From sequence record NC_054910.1: a DNA stretch of 64,000 bases. One strand, 5' to 3'. This document shows positions 53,844-63,876 of the stretch, piece after piece. The notes beneath the pieces are model-generated. The model was not told where the DNA came from. It was given only the letters and a program-made list of their open reading frames with translations, and did not search any database. This stretch comes from Escherichia phage EcNP1. Position numbers and translations under genes: made by a program. The first letter of the stretch is position 1. Every line of letters starts with the position of its first letter.

Positions 53844-54217
53844 TTAAATTTAATGGCTTGAAGGAGACTAATAATTCTCAAGCGACTTCTTTCATCTTTA
53901 ACTGTAAAAGAAAGAGGGTCACCAGATTTCATAGTGATGGTGCATCCAAAATCAAAATCTTCTGTAACTTCTTCGAATAGGTCAAATTCTTCATCATAAA
54001 TTAGAACATTACTCTGAAAACTGTGAAGAATTTTTCCATCATTTCCAGATGCTGTACTAATCATTGTAACATTATTACCCTTCATATCTTCAACGATAAA
54101 TTCGCCTGTAGATATTACATTACTAATAGAACCATTCCTATAAATAGCAGAAAATAGATATTTCTTTTCTTCACCTTCGCGAATGCGATATTTCTTACCG
54201 ATTTTAAACATAATCAT
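53840..54217 (-). CDS. hypothetical protein (125 aa)
   Basis: Track ORF. Confidence 0.5.
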   Translation of the reverse strand: MIMFKIGKKYRIREGEEKKYLFSAIYRNGSISNVISTGEFIVEDMKGNNVTMISTASGNDGKILHSFQSNVLIYDEEFDLFEEVTEDFDFGCTITMKSGDPLSFTVKDERSRLRIISLLQAIKFK

Positions 54218-54390
54218 CCTTTAAGTAAGTCGTAAAATCCACCATTCACATGCTTAGGAGCAGAAGGCCGACGAGTAGACAAACGATGACATTTAGGGCA
54301 AACATCATTTTCTCGTTCAGAAATCTTTTTAATTTTTTCATATTCATGCCCGCAATCTTCGGATTGGCATTTATAATCATACATTGGCAT
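54214..54390 (-). CDS. zinc-ribbon protein (58 aa, FmdB-like CxxC...CPxC)
   Basis: Not in track; MPMYDYKCQSEDCGHEYEKIKKISERENDVCPKCH...; ATGA overlaps with both neighbours. Confidence 0.5.
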   Translation of the reverse strand: MPMYDYKCQSEDCGHEYEKIKKISERENDVCPKCHRLSTRRPSAPKHVNGGFYDLLKG

Positions 54391-54392
54391 AA

Positions 54393-54812
54393 TTATTCCT
54401 TAAAGTGTGCTTTCAACATCTGATACAAGGACCATGCCTGTTCATTATTTTCAATAGTAACTTTCATTACCGGGAATTCTGTGAAATCTTCTATTTGTTC
54501 TTGCTCTTCCTGCTCTTGTTCTTCAGCAGCCTGATATGGATTTTCCACTTCATCAAAGAACCTAGCTTCACTTTTTGAAAGCCAAATAAAGTCTTCATCC
54601 AAAACATCTTTACCAGAAGATAGTACTAAATTTCCAGTAGATGACAAAATTTTAATAGGACGCCCAAGAGCGTCCACATCTAAAATTTTAAAAGGATACA
54701 TTCGTAAACGTCGCGCATAGATTCCGTTATCAGTATGGTCTTTAATAAAATTTTCTTGAGCTTGTTTATTTTTAAATTGATACCATTTATTAACTTCAAA
54801 TTTAATAGCCAT
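54393..54812 (-). CDS. hypothetical protein (139 aa; possibly goF-like by size/position)
   Basis: Track ORF; acidic Glu/Gln-rich segment. Confidence 0.45.
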   Translation of the reverse strand: MAIKFEVNKWYQFKNKQAQENFIKDHTDNGIYARRLRMYPFKILDVDALGRPIKILSSTGNLVLSSGKDVLDEDFIWLSKSEARFFDEVENPYQAAEEQEQEEQEQIEDFTEFPVMKVTIENNEQAWSLYQMLKAHFKE

Positions 54813-55027
54813 TAATAAATTTCCTTCCAGTAAGTTGTGCCATCTTCAGTAATTTCACGAAATACACCGTAAATTGGCTGTTTATCACCAACCTTTTCAT
54901 ACACATAAACCGAAGTCAAGTGAGTAAACTTAACGGTATGTTCCTTTTGAACCACTACCAAATCTGGATCGAATAATACATCTTCAAATTCGTCATTAGT
55001 GCAGTTCTGAACAATTTTACGTTTCAT
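54812..55027 (-). CDS. hypothetical protein (71 aa; possibly cef-like by size/position)
   Basis: Track ORF. Confidence 0.4.
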   Translation of the reverse strand: MKRKIVQNCTNDEFEDVLFDPDLVVVQKEHTVKFTHLTSVYVYEKVGDKQPIYGVFREITEDGTTYWKEIY

Positions 55028-55040
55028 TACAATTTCCTCA

Positions 55041-55322
55041 TTAATTGAACAGTGGAGCGATGCGTTTCAGAAGAGTAGCAGCACCTTTGGCAAATTTTAC
55101 ATCATGAAAAACAGTTTCTTCTTCCGTTACAACACGAACTTTAATGTTTTCACAATCCCAATTTTTGCGAACAATCTTCAAAAGCTGCAGTAAATCTTTA
55201 CATTCAGCAATATCGATAACACACCCACGAGAATCTTCCATTATCGCACGATAACCGTAAGCCATACCATAATCGTTGAAAGATTGCTCGATGATAATTA
55301 AGTTTTCCATTTTATTCTCCAA
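55041..55322 (-). CDS. hypothetical protein (93 aa)
   Basis: Track ORF. Confidence 0.5.
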   Translation of the reverse strand: MENKMENLIIIEQSFNDYGMAYGYRAIMEDSRGCVIDIAECKDLLQLLKIVRKNWDCENIKVRVVTEEETVFHDVKFAKGAATLLKRIAPLFN

Positions 55323-55407
55323 GTTGTTTTCTGTATCAGTAGTTGATATTGATATAGTACCATAATCAACTACTGATGTATATAGTTTTATGAAAAAATT
55401 TTAAACT

Positions 55408-55896
55408 TTATGCATAGAGAGCTTTGCTATAGTGTTTAATCCAACTTTCAGGAATGACTTTGTATGTTCCTAAAAATACCACGTTATACAACTTAACGCC
55501 ATCTTCTACCCACTGATCGGTAATGTATGCGCACATAGCACGAGTATAAACAGCCGCTCCATCATCTTTGATAAATTTAAATTCACAAGGAGAAACGAAC
55601 TTAATAGCCTGACCGAGTTTCCACTTAAAATCTACACCTACATGTGAAGTATCAATCGTTTCAATTCCTTTAGCAGGAACAGCTTTCAAAAACGCAGATT
55701 CAAGAAATTTCGCACGAACATAGCCAAACTGAGGTTTAGACTTTCCATCTTTAGGAATGATACGCACTTTTACTTCAGAATCTTCATCTTTAACGCCATG
55801 TTTAAGCTGAATGCTTACAATTTCGACCAATTTTCCTGCTGCTTTAGAACGGGATTTATCAGATACACGAGCAATTTCACCAATATTAATAATCAT
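55408..55896 (-). CDS. motB: MotB-like protein
   Basis: 162 aa (T4 MotB 162 aa); position between gene 39 side and dexA. Confidence 0.55.
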   Translation of the reverse strand: MIINIGEIARVSDKSRSKAAGKLVEIVSIQLKHGVKDEDSEVKVRIIPKDGKSKPQFGYVRAKFLESAFLKAVPAKGIETIDTSHVGVDFKWKLGQAIKFVSPCEFKFIKDDGAAVYTRAMCAYITDQWVEDGVKLYNVVFLGTYKVIPESWIKHYSKALYA

Positions 55897-55940
55897 AGTT
55901 ATCTCTCACTTGTTAAAAAGATTTTATACTCCACGGGACC

Positions 55941-55970
55941 ATTATACTCTGGTCCCAAGAGTTTGTAAAC
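55941..55970 (-). promoter_or_regulatory. T4-type early promoter
   Basis: Minus strand GTTTAC + 18 nt + TATAAT flanked by GGGACC/GGTCCC inverted repeat. Confidence 0.55.
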
Positions 55971-55972
55971 TA

Positions 55973-56512
55973 TTAATTTAAAATAGCTACCACTGCACTA
56001 CGAGGTACTACACTAAAATCACCTGCATGAACAACGTTCAGAAGTTCAACACCATCTTCAATCCACTGGTCTGTTACCCAACCACAGACCGAAATAAATG
56101 GAGTCTTGATAGCTACCGCACGAGTCAAAAGGTCAGTAGGATCGCATTCTTGGAAGAGGATGAACTCTGCTTCAAAGACTATAGTTTTAATTACTTCATC
56201 ATTATCTAAACGGTGTACTCGAATCACGTAAGCTTTATTCTTATCATGCCAGTTACTTTTTGAAAAGCTTTTAACCACAAACTCGCCTTCACCAAAAACA
56301 TTAGTCAATGCTTTATAACCCAAATTTAGTTCAGTAGTTTTAATTTCAGTTTCAACCAGTTTGTAGATTTTGCCGATTTCAATAGCGGTAGTCATAGTAG
56401 GTTCCTTAATTTCCAGTGGTTTAACAGGGCATACATAAGTGCTTACAACATCAAAATCAATCAGTTTAGCTACCGGATTCGGTGTGTATTCAGGATTATA
56501 ATTAAATTTCAT
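55973..56512 (-). CDS. MotB paralog (179 aa)
   Basis: C-terminal (I/V)TDQW(V/I)EDGV.L.NVV segment shared with the adjacent MotB-like ORF. Confidence 0.5.
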   Translation of the reverse strand: MKFNYNPEYTPNPVAKLIDFDVVSTYVCPVKPLEIKEPTMTTAIEIGKIYKLVETEIKTTELNLGYKALTNVFGEGEFVVKSFSKSNWHDKNKAYVIRVHRLDNDEVIKTIVFEAEFILFQECDPTDLLTRAVAIKTPFISVCGWVTDQWIEDGVELLNVVHAGDFSVVPRSAVVAILN

Positions 56513-56514
56513 AA

Positions 56515-57015
56515 TTATCTCATTTCAATAAAATCTACGAGTTCAGCATGGGATTTGCGGAACATTACTTGGTGTCCACCAATGACAACTTGATCATCTG
56601 GCACTTCGTATACAGCAAGATAAAATCCTTTAGAAGATAATTCTTCACGCTCTTCTCGTGTGAACCATCTCATCATATCATATTCGCTAGCGAAAGCAAA
56701 ATGATAAAGAGCTATAAACCATCCTGGAATATGATATTCTACTCCAACATAATCTTTCTTGAACTTAGTATTAATTACTATATTAGCGTTTTTAACTAAT
56801 AGTTTATCTTCGTGTGGTAAAGGAATTCTTTTATTATTATCGCTATGATGCATAAAATTAGGTCTGTCATAACCTACGTGTAATAGCCACTCTTCGCTCC
56901 ATGAATCTATTATACTCCTGTACGGCGTTATTTGAACACAAAGATTTCGACGTATTGTTATAGCATCTTCATAATCAAGAATACTAAACGATGACTCAAC
57001 ACGATAAATTTTCAT
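56515..57015 (-). CDS. hypothetical protein (about 166 aa; track ORF extends to 57054)
   Basis: ATG at 57013-57015 lies downstream of the early promoter at 57043-57072. Confidence 0.45.
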   Translation of the reverse strand: MKIYRVESSFSILDYEDAITIRRNLCVQITPYRSIIDSWSEEWLLHVGYDRPNFMHHSDNNKRIPLPHEDKLLVKNANIVINTKFKKDYVGVEYHIPGWFIALYHFAFASEYDMMRWFTREEREELSSKGFYLAVYEVPDDQVVIGGHQVMFRKSHAELVDFIEMR

Positions 57016-57042
57016 TTTATTATCCTCAGTAGCTATGGTGTT

Positions 57043-57072
57043 ATAATACCACAACTAACCGAGGAAGTAAAC
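57043..57072 (-). promoter_or_regulatory. T4-type early promoter
   Basis: Minus strand GTTTAC + 18 nt + TATTAT. Confidence 0.5.
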
Positions 57073-57078
57073 AACTTT

Positions 57079-57762
57079 TTATCGTTTTGTTGGAAGAGAT
57101 AGAGGATCGCATTCTTCCTCTGACGGAGCATCTTCAAGACCCATAGCATATCGCAAAGCATACTTCATCATCAGGATGTCTTTCGCACAGTCATGAATAG
57201 AATCATGTGCAACGAATCCATCCAAAGTTCCCTTTGGAAGAGGACACGTGGTCATATCACGAACAAGGAGAAGTGCTTCAATTCTGGTACGAATATCACG
57301 CTGATTCCAGAATTTACATGGTTCTAACTTAAATGTGTCAAGCTCATTCTCAGAAACGCCATTAAGACGTTGAATATCACGAATGAGATCGACTAAAATT
57401 GGAAAATCAAACGACATTCCACGGCACCAGCCATGAGATTTCCAAGGATCGATGTTATGTGCATTGATGTAATCATTAAATTTTACAATACCATCGATAG
57501 TGCTTACATCTTCATCTGATGATGCAATATTTTTTCGAGCTTCAGGAGACTGATTTTTCCACCATTCAATAGTGCTTTTAGTAAAAAGACGATGTCCTTT
57601 TTGGCTTTTTAAATCAAACTTGATTTTAATGCCGCGTGAAACTAATTCATCGAATGTTTCAACTACTTCTGGATTAGGGTCAAAGGCAATAACAGCCAAA
57701 TCAATAACAGCTGCCTTTTCACCGCTTCCCATTGTTTCAAAATCTATAATAAAATCAAACAT
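57079..57762 (-). CDS. dexA: exonuclease A (DEDD 3'-5' exonuclease)
   Basis: 227 aa (T4 DexA 227 aa); N-terminal exo motif I FDFIIDFETMG. Confidence 0.88.
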   Translation of the reverse strand: MFDFIIDFETMGSGEKAAVIDLAVIAFDPNPEVVETFDELVSRGIKIKFDLKSQKGHRLFTKSTIEWWKNQSPEARKNIASSDEDVSTIDGIVKFNDYINAHNIDPWKSHGWCRGMSFDFPILVDLIRDIQRLNGVSENELDTFKLEPCKFWNQRDIRTRIEALLLVRDMTTCPLPKGTLDGFVAHDSIHDCAKDILMMKYALRYAMGLEDAPSEEECDPLSLPTKR

Positions 57763-58037
57763 TAAATTTTCCTCGCTAAATCACGAATTTGACCTACAGT
57801 ATAATCTTGGATATAAACTTTATTAATGGGCTCATCAATAAATTTTGCCATAGATTCAATATCTTTTTGTATCTCTTCAAGACTGTATACTATCTTTAAA
57901 GCTTTTTCGCGAATAGTAACATTATCAAGTCCTGAATTTTCTTGAATGACAGCTTTAACATTTGCCATAAGAGATTTAAACTGATGCAAACTTAATTCAA
58001 TCATTAATAACCGCCTTATAAAGATGGCTAATTTCAC
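57762..58037 (-). CDS. hypothetical protein (91 aa)
   Basis: Track ORF; weak similarity to the next ORF. Confidence 0.45.
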   Translation of the reverse strand: MKLAIFIRRLLMIELSLHQFKSLMANVKAVIQENSGLDNVTIREKALKIVYSLEEIQKDIESMAKFIDEPINKVYIQDYTVGQIRDLARKI

Positions 58038-58242
58038 CTAAAACATAATCACTGATTGTAACAGTTTTCACTTCACCGCAAAAGAATTCTAATGCAATCA
58101 AATCTCGTTCAATTTCTTCCAATTGAAGCATTAACTTTCCCGATTCAATTTTCACGTTTTTGCGATTTTTACTATAAGCTATTTCATAAATTTCGCTCAC
58201 TTTATCTTGAAGTAGATAAAACTGGTCTTTAGTTATTTCCAC
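57997..58242 (-). CDS. hypothetical protein (81 aa)
   Basis: Track ORF. Confidence 0.45.
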   Translation of the reverse strand: MEITKDQFYLLQDKVSEIYEIAYSKNRKNVKIESGKLMLQLEEIERDLIALEFFCGEVKTVTISDYVLGEISHLYKAVIND

Positions 58243-58263
58243 GAATAGCTTCCTCGAATTTAA

Positions 58264-59583
58264 TCATACGTAAAACACATCATAACGACCACGAGTGACA
58301 CCAACATAAAGAAGCTGCTGAGCTAGTTCAGCATCTGCATAATGGATACAAGGCGTATAGATAAAAGCACGGTCTACAGACATGCCCTGAGCTTTATGGA
58401 ATGTTGATGCAGGAAGTGCTTTCACTTTACTAAACTGCGATTTAGCATCCCAAAAATCACTCCACGGAGCTTTTCCACCTTTATTCCAATTTTTATAAGT
58501 TTCTGCCGTTTTACCTAAAAATAAGTTAAACTTATACAGCTCTTCATCAGATGAAATTATTTTAATCTTTTCACGATAATATTCATCATCGCCGTAAGTT
58601 TCTACTGTTAAATCCCAATGACGAATTAGATATTCTCCAGAAACACCACGAGCTTTAACAAACGTCGATGTATACTCTGCTTCTATAATACGAACTAATT
58701 GTCCATTATTAAAAATAATTTCTGACACAGGCTTTCCATCAATTTTATATGTTTTAATTAATGGTTCCTGCATTACAATAATTTCACCAACGATAAAATC
58801 TTTATCAGTTTCAAAAATCTTTTTGCGAATAATGCTATTTAACTTATCAACAGATTTATTCGTAAATGCCATTACACGATTTTCAAACAAATCATCTAGT
58901 GATTTTACGATTGAAAAATAATTTACCATAAAATCGCGTAAAGCGGTATCACCAGTAAATCCACGTACTCCATGCCCGTCAACAACTTTATCATAAATCC
59001 ACTTACCGTTGCGAACATCAGTAGCTACATCAATAATAGGAGCATTACTGCGTTTAACTTCAGTGAGTTCACACTGATAAAAATCTTTGTGCGTAAAGAA
59101 TGGACTGATATAAGCAGTGTTTTCTCCTGGGTCAACAGGTCTAATTTGCTTATTATCGCCTATTCCAATTATAGTACACCAAGGTGGAATAGTTGAAAGC
59201 AGAATTTTAAATAGCTTTCTATCGTACATTGACACTTCGTCGCAGATTAATACTCTACATTTAGCCAAATCCGGTACTTCTTTTTGTTCAAAAAGAACGT
59301 TTTCTTCATATGTTACTGGGTTAATTTTAAGAATACTGTGAATAGTACTCGCTTCTTTCCCTGATAGTTTTGAAAGAATCTTTTTAGCTGCATGTGTAGG
59401 AGCTGCTAAAATAATGCCAGTTTCGCCTGTAGATATTAAAGCTTCAATGATGAACTTGGTAAGAGTAGTCTTACCGGTACCAGCAGGTCCATTAATAGTT
59501 ACATGATGTTTCTTTTCTTTAATAGCCCTCATAACGATGTTAAAGGCATTTTTCTGGCCTTCAGTCAAATCATCAAATGTCAT
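58264..59583 (-). CDS. dda: Dda DNA helicase (SF1B)
   Basis: 439 aa (T4 Dda 439 aa); Walker A GPAGTGKTT, Walker B LICDEVSM. Confidence 0.93.
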   Translation of the reverse strand: MTFDDLTEGQKNAFNIVMRAIKEKKHHVTINGPAGTGKTTLTKFIIEALISTGETGIILAAPTHAAKKILSKLSGKEASTIHSILKINPVTYEENVLFEQKEVPDLAKCRVLICDEVSMYDRKLFKILLSTIPPWCTIIGIGDNKQIRPVDPGENTAYISPFFTHKDFYQCELTEVKRSNAPIIDVATDVRNGKWIYDKVVDGHGVRGFTGDTALRDFMVNYFSIVKSLDDLFENRVMAFTNKSVDKLNSIIRKKIFETDKDFIVGEIIVMQEPLIKTYKIDGKPVSEIIFNNGQLVRIIEAEYTSTFVKARGVSGEYLIRHWDLTVETYGDDEYYREKIKIISSDEELYKFNLFLGKTAETYKNWNKGGKAPWSDFWDAKSQFSKVKALPASTFHKAQGMSVDRAFIYTPCIHYADAELAQQLLYVGVTRGRYDVFYV

Positions 59584-59891
59584 CGTAAATTCCCTGCAAT
59601 TGGTATACTAACAATACGCCCAGTATCTAAAATTCGTCGATATAATCTTTGTGTGTCTACATCAGGCTTAACATGTTTAACTTCTATTTTATTAAACCAA
59701 AACTTGCGTGGAGTCTCGACTAATCTCGGAATTCCCATACCTAAAGCTAGTCGATACTGATCTTTAAGAGTTGTAAATACTTTATCAGCAATCTCCCTTT
59801 CAAAAAATACAGCAGGACGATGTTCATCAAGAGGAACAGGCACCGCAAATCCATCTTTATCTCTATACACTATCGCATATACATAAAACAT
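59580..59891 (-). CDS. hypothetical protein (103 aa, dda.1-like)
   Basis: Track ORF; 4-nt overlap with dda start. Confidence 0.5.
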   Translation of the reverse strand: MFYVYAIVYRDKDGFAVPVPLDEHRPAVFFEREIADKVFTTLKDQYRLALGMGIPRLVETPRKFWFNKIEVKHVKPDVDTQRLYRRILDTGRIVSIPIAGNLR

Positions 59892-59892
59892 A

Positions 59893-60639
59893 TTATCCTC
59901 GGATAAGTTTAAAAATTGAACAATTTAGCGGGTATCCTCTTTTCAGTTTAAGTTTATCAATAAAAGACAAATTTTGATACCGCTCTACACCTTGAATAAT
60001 TTTATCACACATATCATATTGCATTTCTGCTTCTGACAATTTTTTCACAGTTTTCCAATCCGAGCCTTTAAGAAGAACGTTTAGTTTAACAACTTCAGCG
60101 CCTTCTGCTATACGAGAACCATCAATACGAGCTTTAAGTGCTATAATCGTTAGCTTAACGTCAGAAGTTTGTTTTGATTTAGAAAGCTGAGAAATATGCT
60201 CAATTCGGTTTTCACGTTTTTTCTGTATAGCTTTAATTTGATTATAAGTCTTTTTGATTTTAGCCCATTTCTTTTCATCTAAATTTAGTTTATGAACTTT
60301 TTTCGCAGATGAACGACCAATTCGCAAAGCAAATAAATCACGCTTTTCAATCAACTCTTCTAAAGTATAATCAGAACGAAATGTATTATACTTTTTCTTT
60401 ACTGCAATAACATTCCCTTTAATGTATCCAACGTTATTATCAAAACGTTCTAACGATAATTTCTCTCCTTCAATACGATTATCAAAAGGTTCTCCTGAGT
60501 AAGCGCAAACTTTCTGATCTAAAATGTTCTTAATGTAATTGAAGTCTAAGTTAAAATCTTTAGAACGTCTTTTAGCTGATGCCTGAGTGTGCTCTAAACG
60601 ACGTGTAATTTTACGAATTTGATTTTTAGACAGTTTCAT
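59893..60639 (-). CDS. srd: Srd-like protein, by size and position
   Basis: 248 aa basic protein between dda.1 and modA as in T4. Confidence 0.45.
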   Translation of the reverse strand: MKLSKNQIRKITRRLEHTQASAKRRSKDFNLDFNYIKNILDQKVCAYSGEPFDNRIEGEKLSLERFDNNVGYIKGNVIAVKKKYNTFRSDYTLEELIEKRDLFALRIGRSSAKKVHKLNLDEKKWAKIKKTYNQIKAIQKKRENRIEHISQLSKSKQTSDVKLTIIALKARIDGSRIAEGAEVVKLNVLLKGSDWKTVKKLSEAEMQYDMCDKIIQGVERYQNLSFIDKLKLKRGYPLNCSIFKLIRG

Positions 60640-60668
60640 ATTTTTCTCACGGACGGGTAACTACTTAT

Positions 60669-60698
60669 ACTATAACATTTTTACTTCAGCTTGTAAAC
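60669..60698 (-). promoter_or_regulatory. T4-type early promoter
   Basis: Minus strand GTTTAC + 18 nt + TATAGT. Confidence 0.45.
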
Positions 60699-60754
60699 AA
60701 CTTTATGAAAAATGCTTTAAAACTTTCATGGTATAATGAATCTAAGTCCTTCCA

Positions 60755-61357
60755 TTATAGATTAAATCCTTCAAAATCAAGAGTATAGATAGTGTATGTT
60801 GAATACTTTTTATACTCATATCTATCTGCAATTCTAAATACACTTCCAGCTGGTATCATTACTTCTTGTTCATCTGAAACTAATTCCATATTACGATAGC
60901 GATGGCTATCTGGAAATTTAAAACTCGGACTATATTCTTTACAACGTAAAGCTTTTATAGCATACTCCTGGAAATTAAATACCATAGGAGCTTTGAATTC
61001 AAAAATAACTTGCGTGTTGTATTCTAATCCAGAAGCAAAATGCAGAGCTATATTTTTATCATATGAAGCTGATACTACTTTATCAAATGTAATAATATCA
61101 ATTCCTTGATTTAATACCTGCTTAGTCTCAACTGGAACACCTCTCCAAAGAGGTTTATCGTTTGGAACCAAACGAGATTTGATTATTTCATTTAACCAAG
61201 AATGATCGTCTGGCTTATTAGTAATACAATGAATTAAAAGTTCAATTTCAGATAAATTAAATCCTTCAGAAAGTAATTCTTCACGAATAGAAGCACGCAC
61301 CGATGCATCCATTGATTTGATTTTAAAATCTTTTAATTGCATTGCTGAATATTTCAT
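60755..61357 (-). CDS. modA: ModA-like ADP-ribosyltransferase
   Basis: 200 aa (T4 ModA 200 aa); ART-like elements LWRG, SASYD, QEVMIPAG. Confidence 0.65.
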   Translation of the reverse strand: MKYSAMQLKDFKIKSMDASVRASIREELLSEGFNLSEIELLIHCITNKPDDHSWLNEIIKSRLVPNDKPLWRGVPVETKQVLNQGIDIITFDKVVSASYDKNIALHFASGLEYNTQVIFEFKAPMVFNFQEYAIKALRCKEYSPSFKFPDSHRYRNMELVSDEQEVMIPAGSVFRIADRYEYKKYSTYTIYTLDFEGFNL

Positions 61358-61989
61358 TCAACTACCTCAATATCATACACTTTAAATGTTCCAAATGAAT
61401 CGTGTAATTTTTCTTTTGAAATAGAAGTTATTTTATACTTTCCAATTGGAATCATCCATTCTTGTTCACGTACAATCATCATTAAGTTATCAGTACGTTC
61501 TGAATCTAATCCATCAGTATCTTCATATGTATACTTAAACTCAGTATTAGGAGAAGAAAGTATAATATCGCTGATATGGTCAGAGTAATTAAAAGCTTTA
61601 TCAGTTTTTAAGCGAAATATTATTTCAGTGGAATATTCAACATAAGAAAAACCGCATGCTGTGTGCAAACTAGTAGTAAATGAATCTACTCTGTTCGTTG
61701 AAAACACTTCTCCAACTTGTAAATCTTTAATGAGTTCTTTTGTCGATTTTGATATACCACGATATAACTGATAAGGTGATTCAGTTAAATGCTTTTTAAC
61801 GATTTTATTCAACTGCCGATGAAGAGCTTCATTCTTTTTGGCTTCCATACATTGCCAAAGAACTGACTGTTCAAAGTCAGTAAATTTTTCACAGACCTTT
61901 TTATACATATCATATTGAAAATCAACACTTTCAGCTTTTATAGATAACTGTTCAACATCTGCAAGATTAATAATCATGATAGCCTCCAT
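61354..61989 (-). CDS. modB: ModB-like ADP-ribosyltransferase
   Basis: 211 aa (T4 ModB 207 aa); LYRG, FST, QEWMIPIG; tandem with modA. Confidence 0.65.
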   Translation of the reverse strand: MEAIMIINLADVEQLSIKAESVDFQYDMYKKVCEKFTDFEQSVLWQCMEAKKNEALHRQLNKIVKKHLTESPYQLYRGISKSTKELIKDLQVGEVFSTNRVDSFTTSLHTACGFSYVEYSTEIIFRLKTDKAFNYSDHISDIILSSPNTEFKYTYEDTDGLDSERTDNLMMIVREQEWMIPIGKYKITSISKEKLHDSFGTFKVYDIEVVE

Positions 61990-62003
61990 ATACTTCAGAA
62001 GCT

Positions 62004-62033
62004 ATCATATCATTGTTAGGAAGGAAAGTAAAC
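62004..62033 (-). promoter_or_regulatory. T4-type early promoter for modB-modA
   Basis: Minus strand GTTTAC + 18 nt + TATGAT. Confidence 0.45.
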
Positions 62034-62044
62034 AACTTTTTGAA

Positions 62045-62227
62045 TTATTTTGCCCAGGGAGCCCAGGGCGGAGGGTCAAGATGGTATGAAGCTAGTTCTT
62101 CTAGAAGAGCATCTGGGGCTTCAATTCCATAATTCTGTAATACTATACGGTACTCTTTCTTATAATCACTAGAATCATTCTGGATATTCGTAGAATGATT
62201 ATCTTCTAACATCTCAAATAAATCCAT
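62045..62227 (-). CDS. hypothetical protein (60 aa)
   Basis: Track ORF. Confidence 0.4.
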   Translation of the reverse strand: MDLFEMLEDNHSTNIQNDSSDYKKEYRIVLQNYGIEAPDALLEELASYHLDPPPWAPWAK

Positions 62228-62235
62228 ATTAATTC

Positions 62236-62718
62236 CTAGCGATAAAAACCAAAATAACGATTAGCTTCAATAATTTTTCTTTCTTCTTCGGACATTCTCC
62301 AGCGTAGTCCAACATCAAAATGAGCCCAGACCATCTTAACAAATGCATTTATATCTTTAATATCTTCAATAATGAATGTTTTACTTTTAGAAGGTTGACC
62401 TGCTAAATTAAGTGCTAATTTAACGTTATCATCTTCAAACAGGTCAAAAAGACCATATTCATGAGCTCTTTTATAGCCTTTGATAGTTAAAGCTTCAGAA
62501 GAAGAAAATGGTGAATCAGTATTCTGCAAAATATCTTCAGTATGCTTTATAATTAGAATAACATTTTCTGGATATTTTCTTTCTTTTATATCTTTAATTA
62601 AAATATCCGGATTTTCTGCTAAAGGAATAATTAATGAGCATTTTTTATCAAGTGTATTTACTGATTTACCTTCTTTAGACATAAATTCTATTGAATAATG
62701 TTTTGCTACTTCAATCAT
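62236..62718 (-). CDS. hypothetical protein (160 aa)
   Basis: Track ORF. Confidence 0.5.
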   Translation of the reverse strand: MIEVAKHYSIEFMSKEGKSVNTLDKKCSLIIPLAENPDILIKDIKERKYPENVILIIKHTEDILQNTDSPFSSSEALTIKGYKRAHEYGLFDLFEDDNVKLALNLAGQPSKSKTFIIEDIKDINAFVKMVWAHFDVGLRWRMSEEERKIIEANRYFGFYR

Positions 62719-62871
62719 GTGATTTCCTCTTGCCTACTAACGGGCCGTCAGGAATTTTGTTTTCCTGGATATATTTCTCATTTTCTTCCATCATTTTACT
62801 ACCGATTTTAAGAAGCAAATCCAATGCTTCATTTGCTTTAGCCTTGGCCTCTTCTAGCGTCATATCTCTGT

Positions 62872-63075
62872 TCATGATTTATCCCCATAGATGTCTCTCA
62901 TCAATTTAAGTACTGAGCGTTCTAGTTTCTTTTCTTTCTCAGCACTAATCATTGATTTCATCCATTCTTCTGATTCATTCTGCATTTCTTTATTTGCTTG
63001 TTCAACCCAACCATCGTCAATGTACATTGAGTTTGGTCTATTGAACCATTCAAACATTTTCTTCAGAACTTTCAT
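62872..63075 (-). CDS. hypothetical protein (67 aa)
   Basis: Track ORF. Confidence 0.45.
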   Translation of the reverse strand: MKVLKKMFEWFNRPNSMYIDDGWVEQANKEMQNESEEWMKSMISAEKEKKLERSVLKLMRDIYGDKS

Positions 63076-63547
63076 TTGTTTTACCTAAAACAACAGTAGG
63101 AGCATCATCAAATTCATGAATTTTTAGCAAATTTGGATGTAAACTATTCCATATAGAAGAAATAAAGTATGATAAAGCATCTTCACTTGCAATTATAAAT
63201 TTATTTCCTTTATCTATTTTCCAGTTATATACTGAATCGTACGAATAAAAAGATAAAGGCTTATCATTATATTGTTCTGCGCTAACATTAATGTATTCGG
63301 ATTTAGTAAATGCTTCAATTGCTCTAAACGGAATATTTGGTACAGTTTCAATAATACCAATCTTTTTAAGTTTTATTTCAGCATCTTCTGGAACTGGCAT
63401 TGAAACGAAATTTTCTACGAGATACATTGGGTCACAATAACCCTTATCAATCATTACTGCTACTGTAATTGGAACATCTTTAGCAAACGACATACTATTA
63501 CTGCTAATATACATTTCAAACAAAATCGCTTCCATAATTTTCCTCAA
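63050..63547 (-). CDS. hypothetical protein (165 aa)
   Basis: Track ORF. Confidence 0.5.
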   Translation of the reverse strand: MRKIMEAILFEMYISSNSMSFAKDVPITVAVMIDKGYCDPMYLVENFVSMPVPEDAEIKLKKIGIIETVPNIPFRAIEAFTKSEYINVSAEQYNDKPLSFYSYDSVYNWKIDKGNKFIIASEDALSYFISSIWNSLHPNLLKIHEFDDAPTVVLGKTNESSEENV

Positions 63548-63876
63548 TCACAAGATGTAGATGAACAACTAGAATCACAAGAACTTCCACATGAATCGCC
63601 CGCCCATACATGAACAGGAACATTAGTGTCATATGAATCAGAACTAGACTGTGTATTAGATGATGCAGTAGGTGTTGACCAGCGCCAAGGATTTTTATAA
63701 TATTCTTGGGCTTCTTCATAAGTCATAGTAACTGCTTCTACTGTTCCATCTCCCATATAAACATATTCAACTACAGTTAAAGGAAGGTAGTCGTTTGAAA
63801 TAGGAACTACACCTTCTCCAGGAGCTGTAGAGAAAAAATCCGTAAAGAAATTTTTAAACCAATTAAAGATAAACAT
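63544..63876 (-). CDS. hypothetical protein with Cys/Ser-rich C-terminal tail (110 aa)
   Basis: Track ORF; C-terminus [19 protein letters not shown]. Confidence 0.5.
   Translation of the reverse strand: MFIFNWFKNFFTDFFSTAPGEGVVPISNDYLPLTVVEYVYMGDGTVEAVTMTYEEAQEYYKNPWRWSTPTASSNTQSSSDSYDTNVPVHVWAGDSCGSSCDSSCSSTSCD

Noticed and set aside
60700-60745. Plus-strand MotA-box-like TGCTTTA + 12 nt + TATAAT
   Set aside because: It would drive transcription antisense to modA; more likely a chance match in AT-rich intergenic DNA. Left unannotated.
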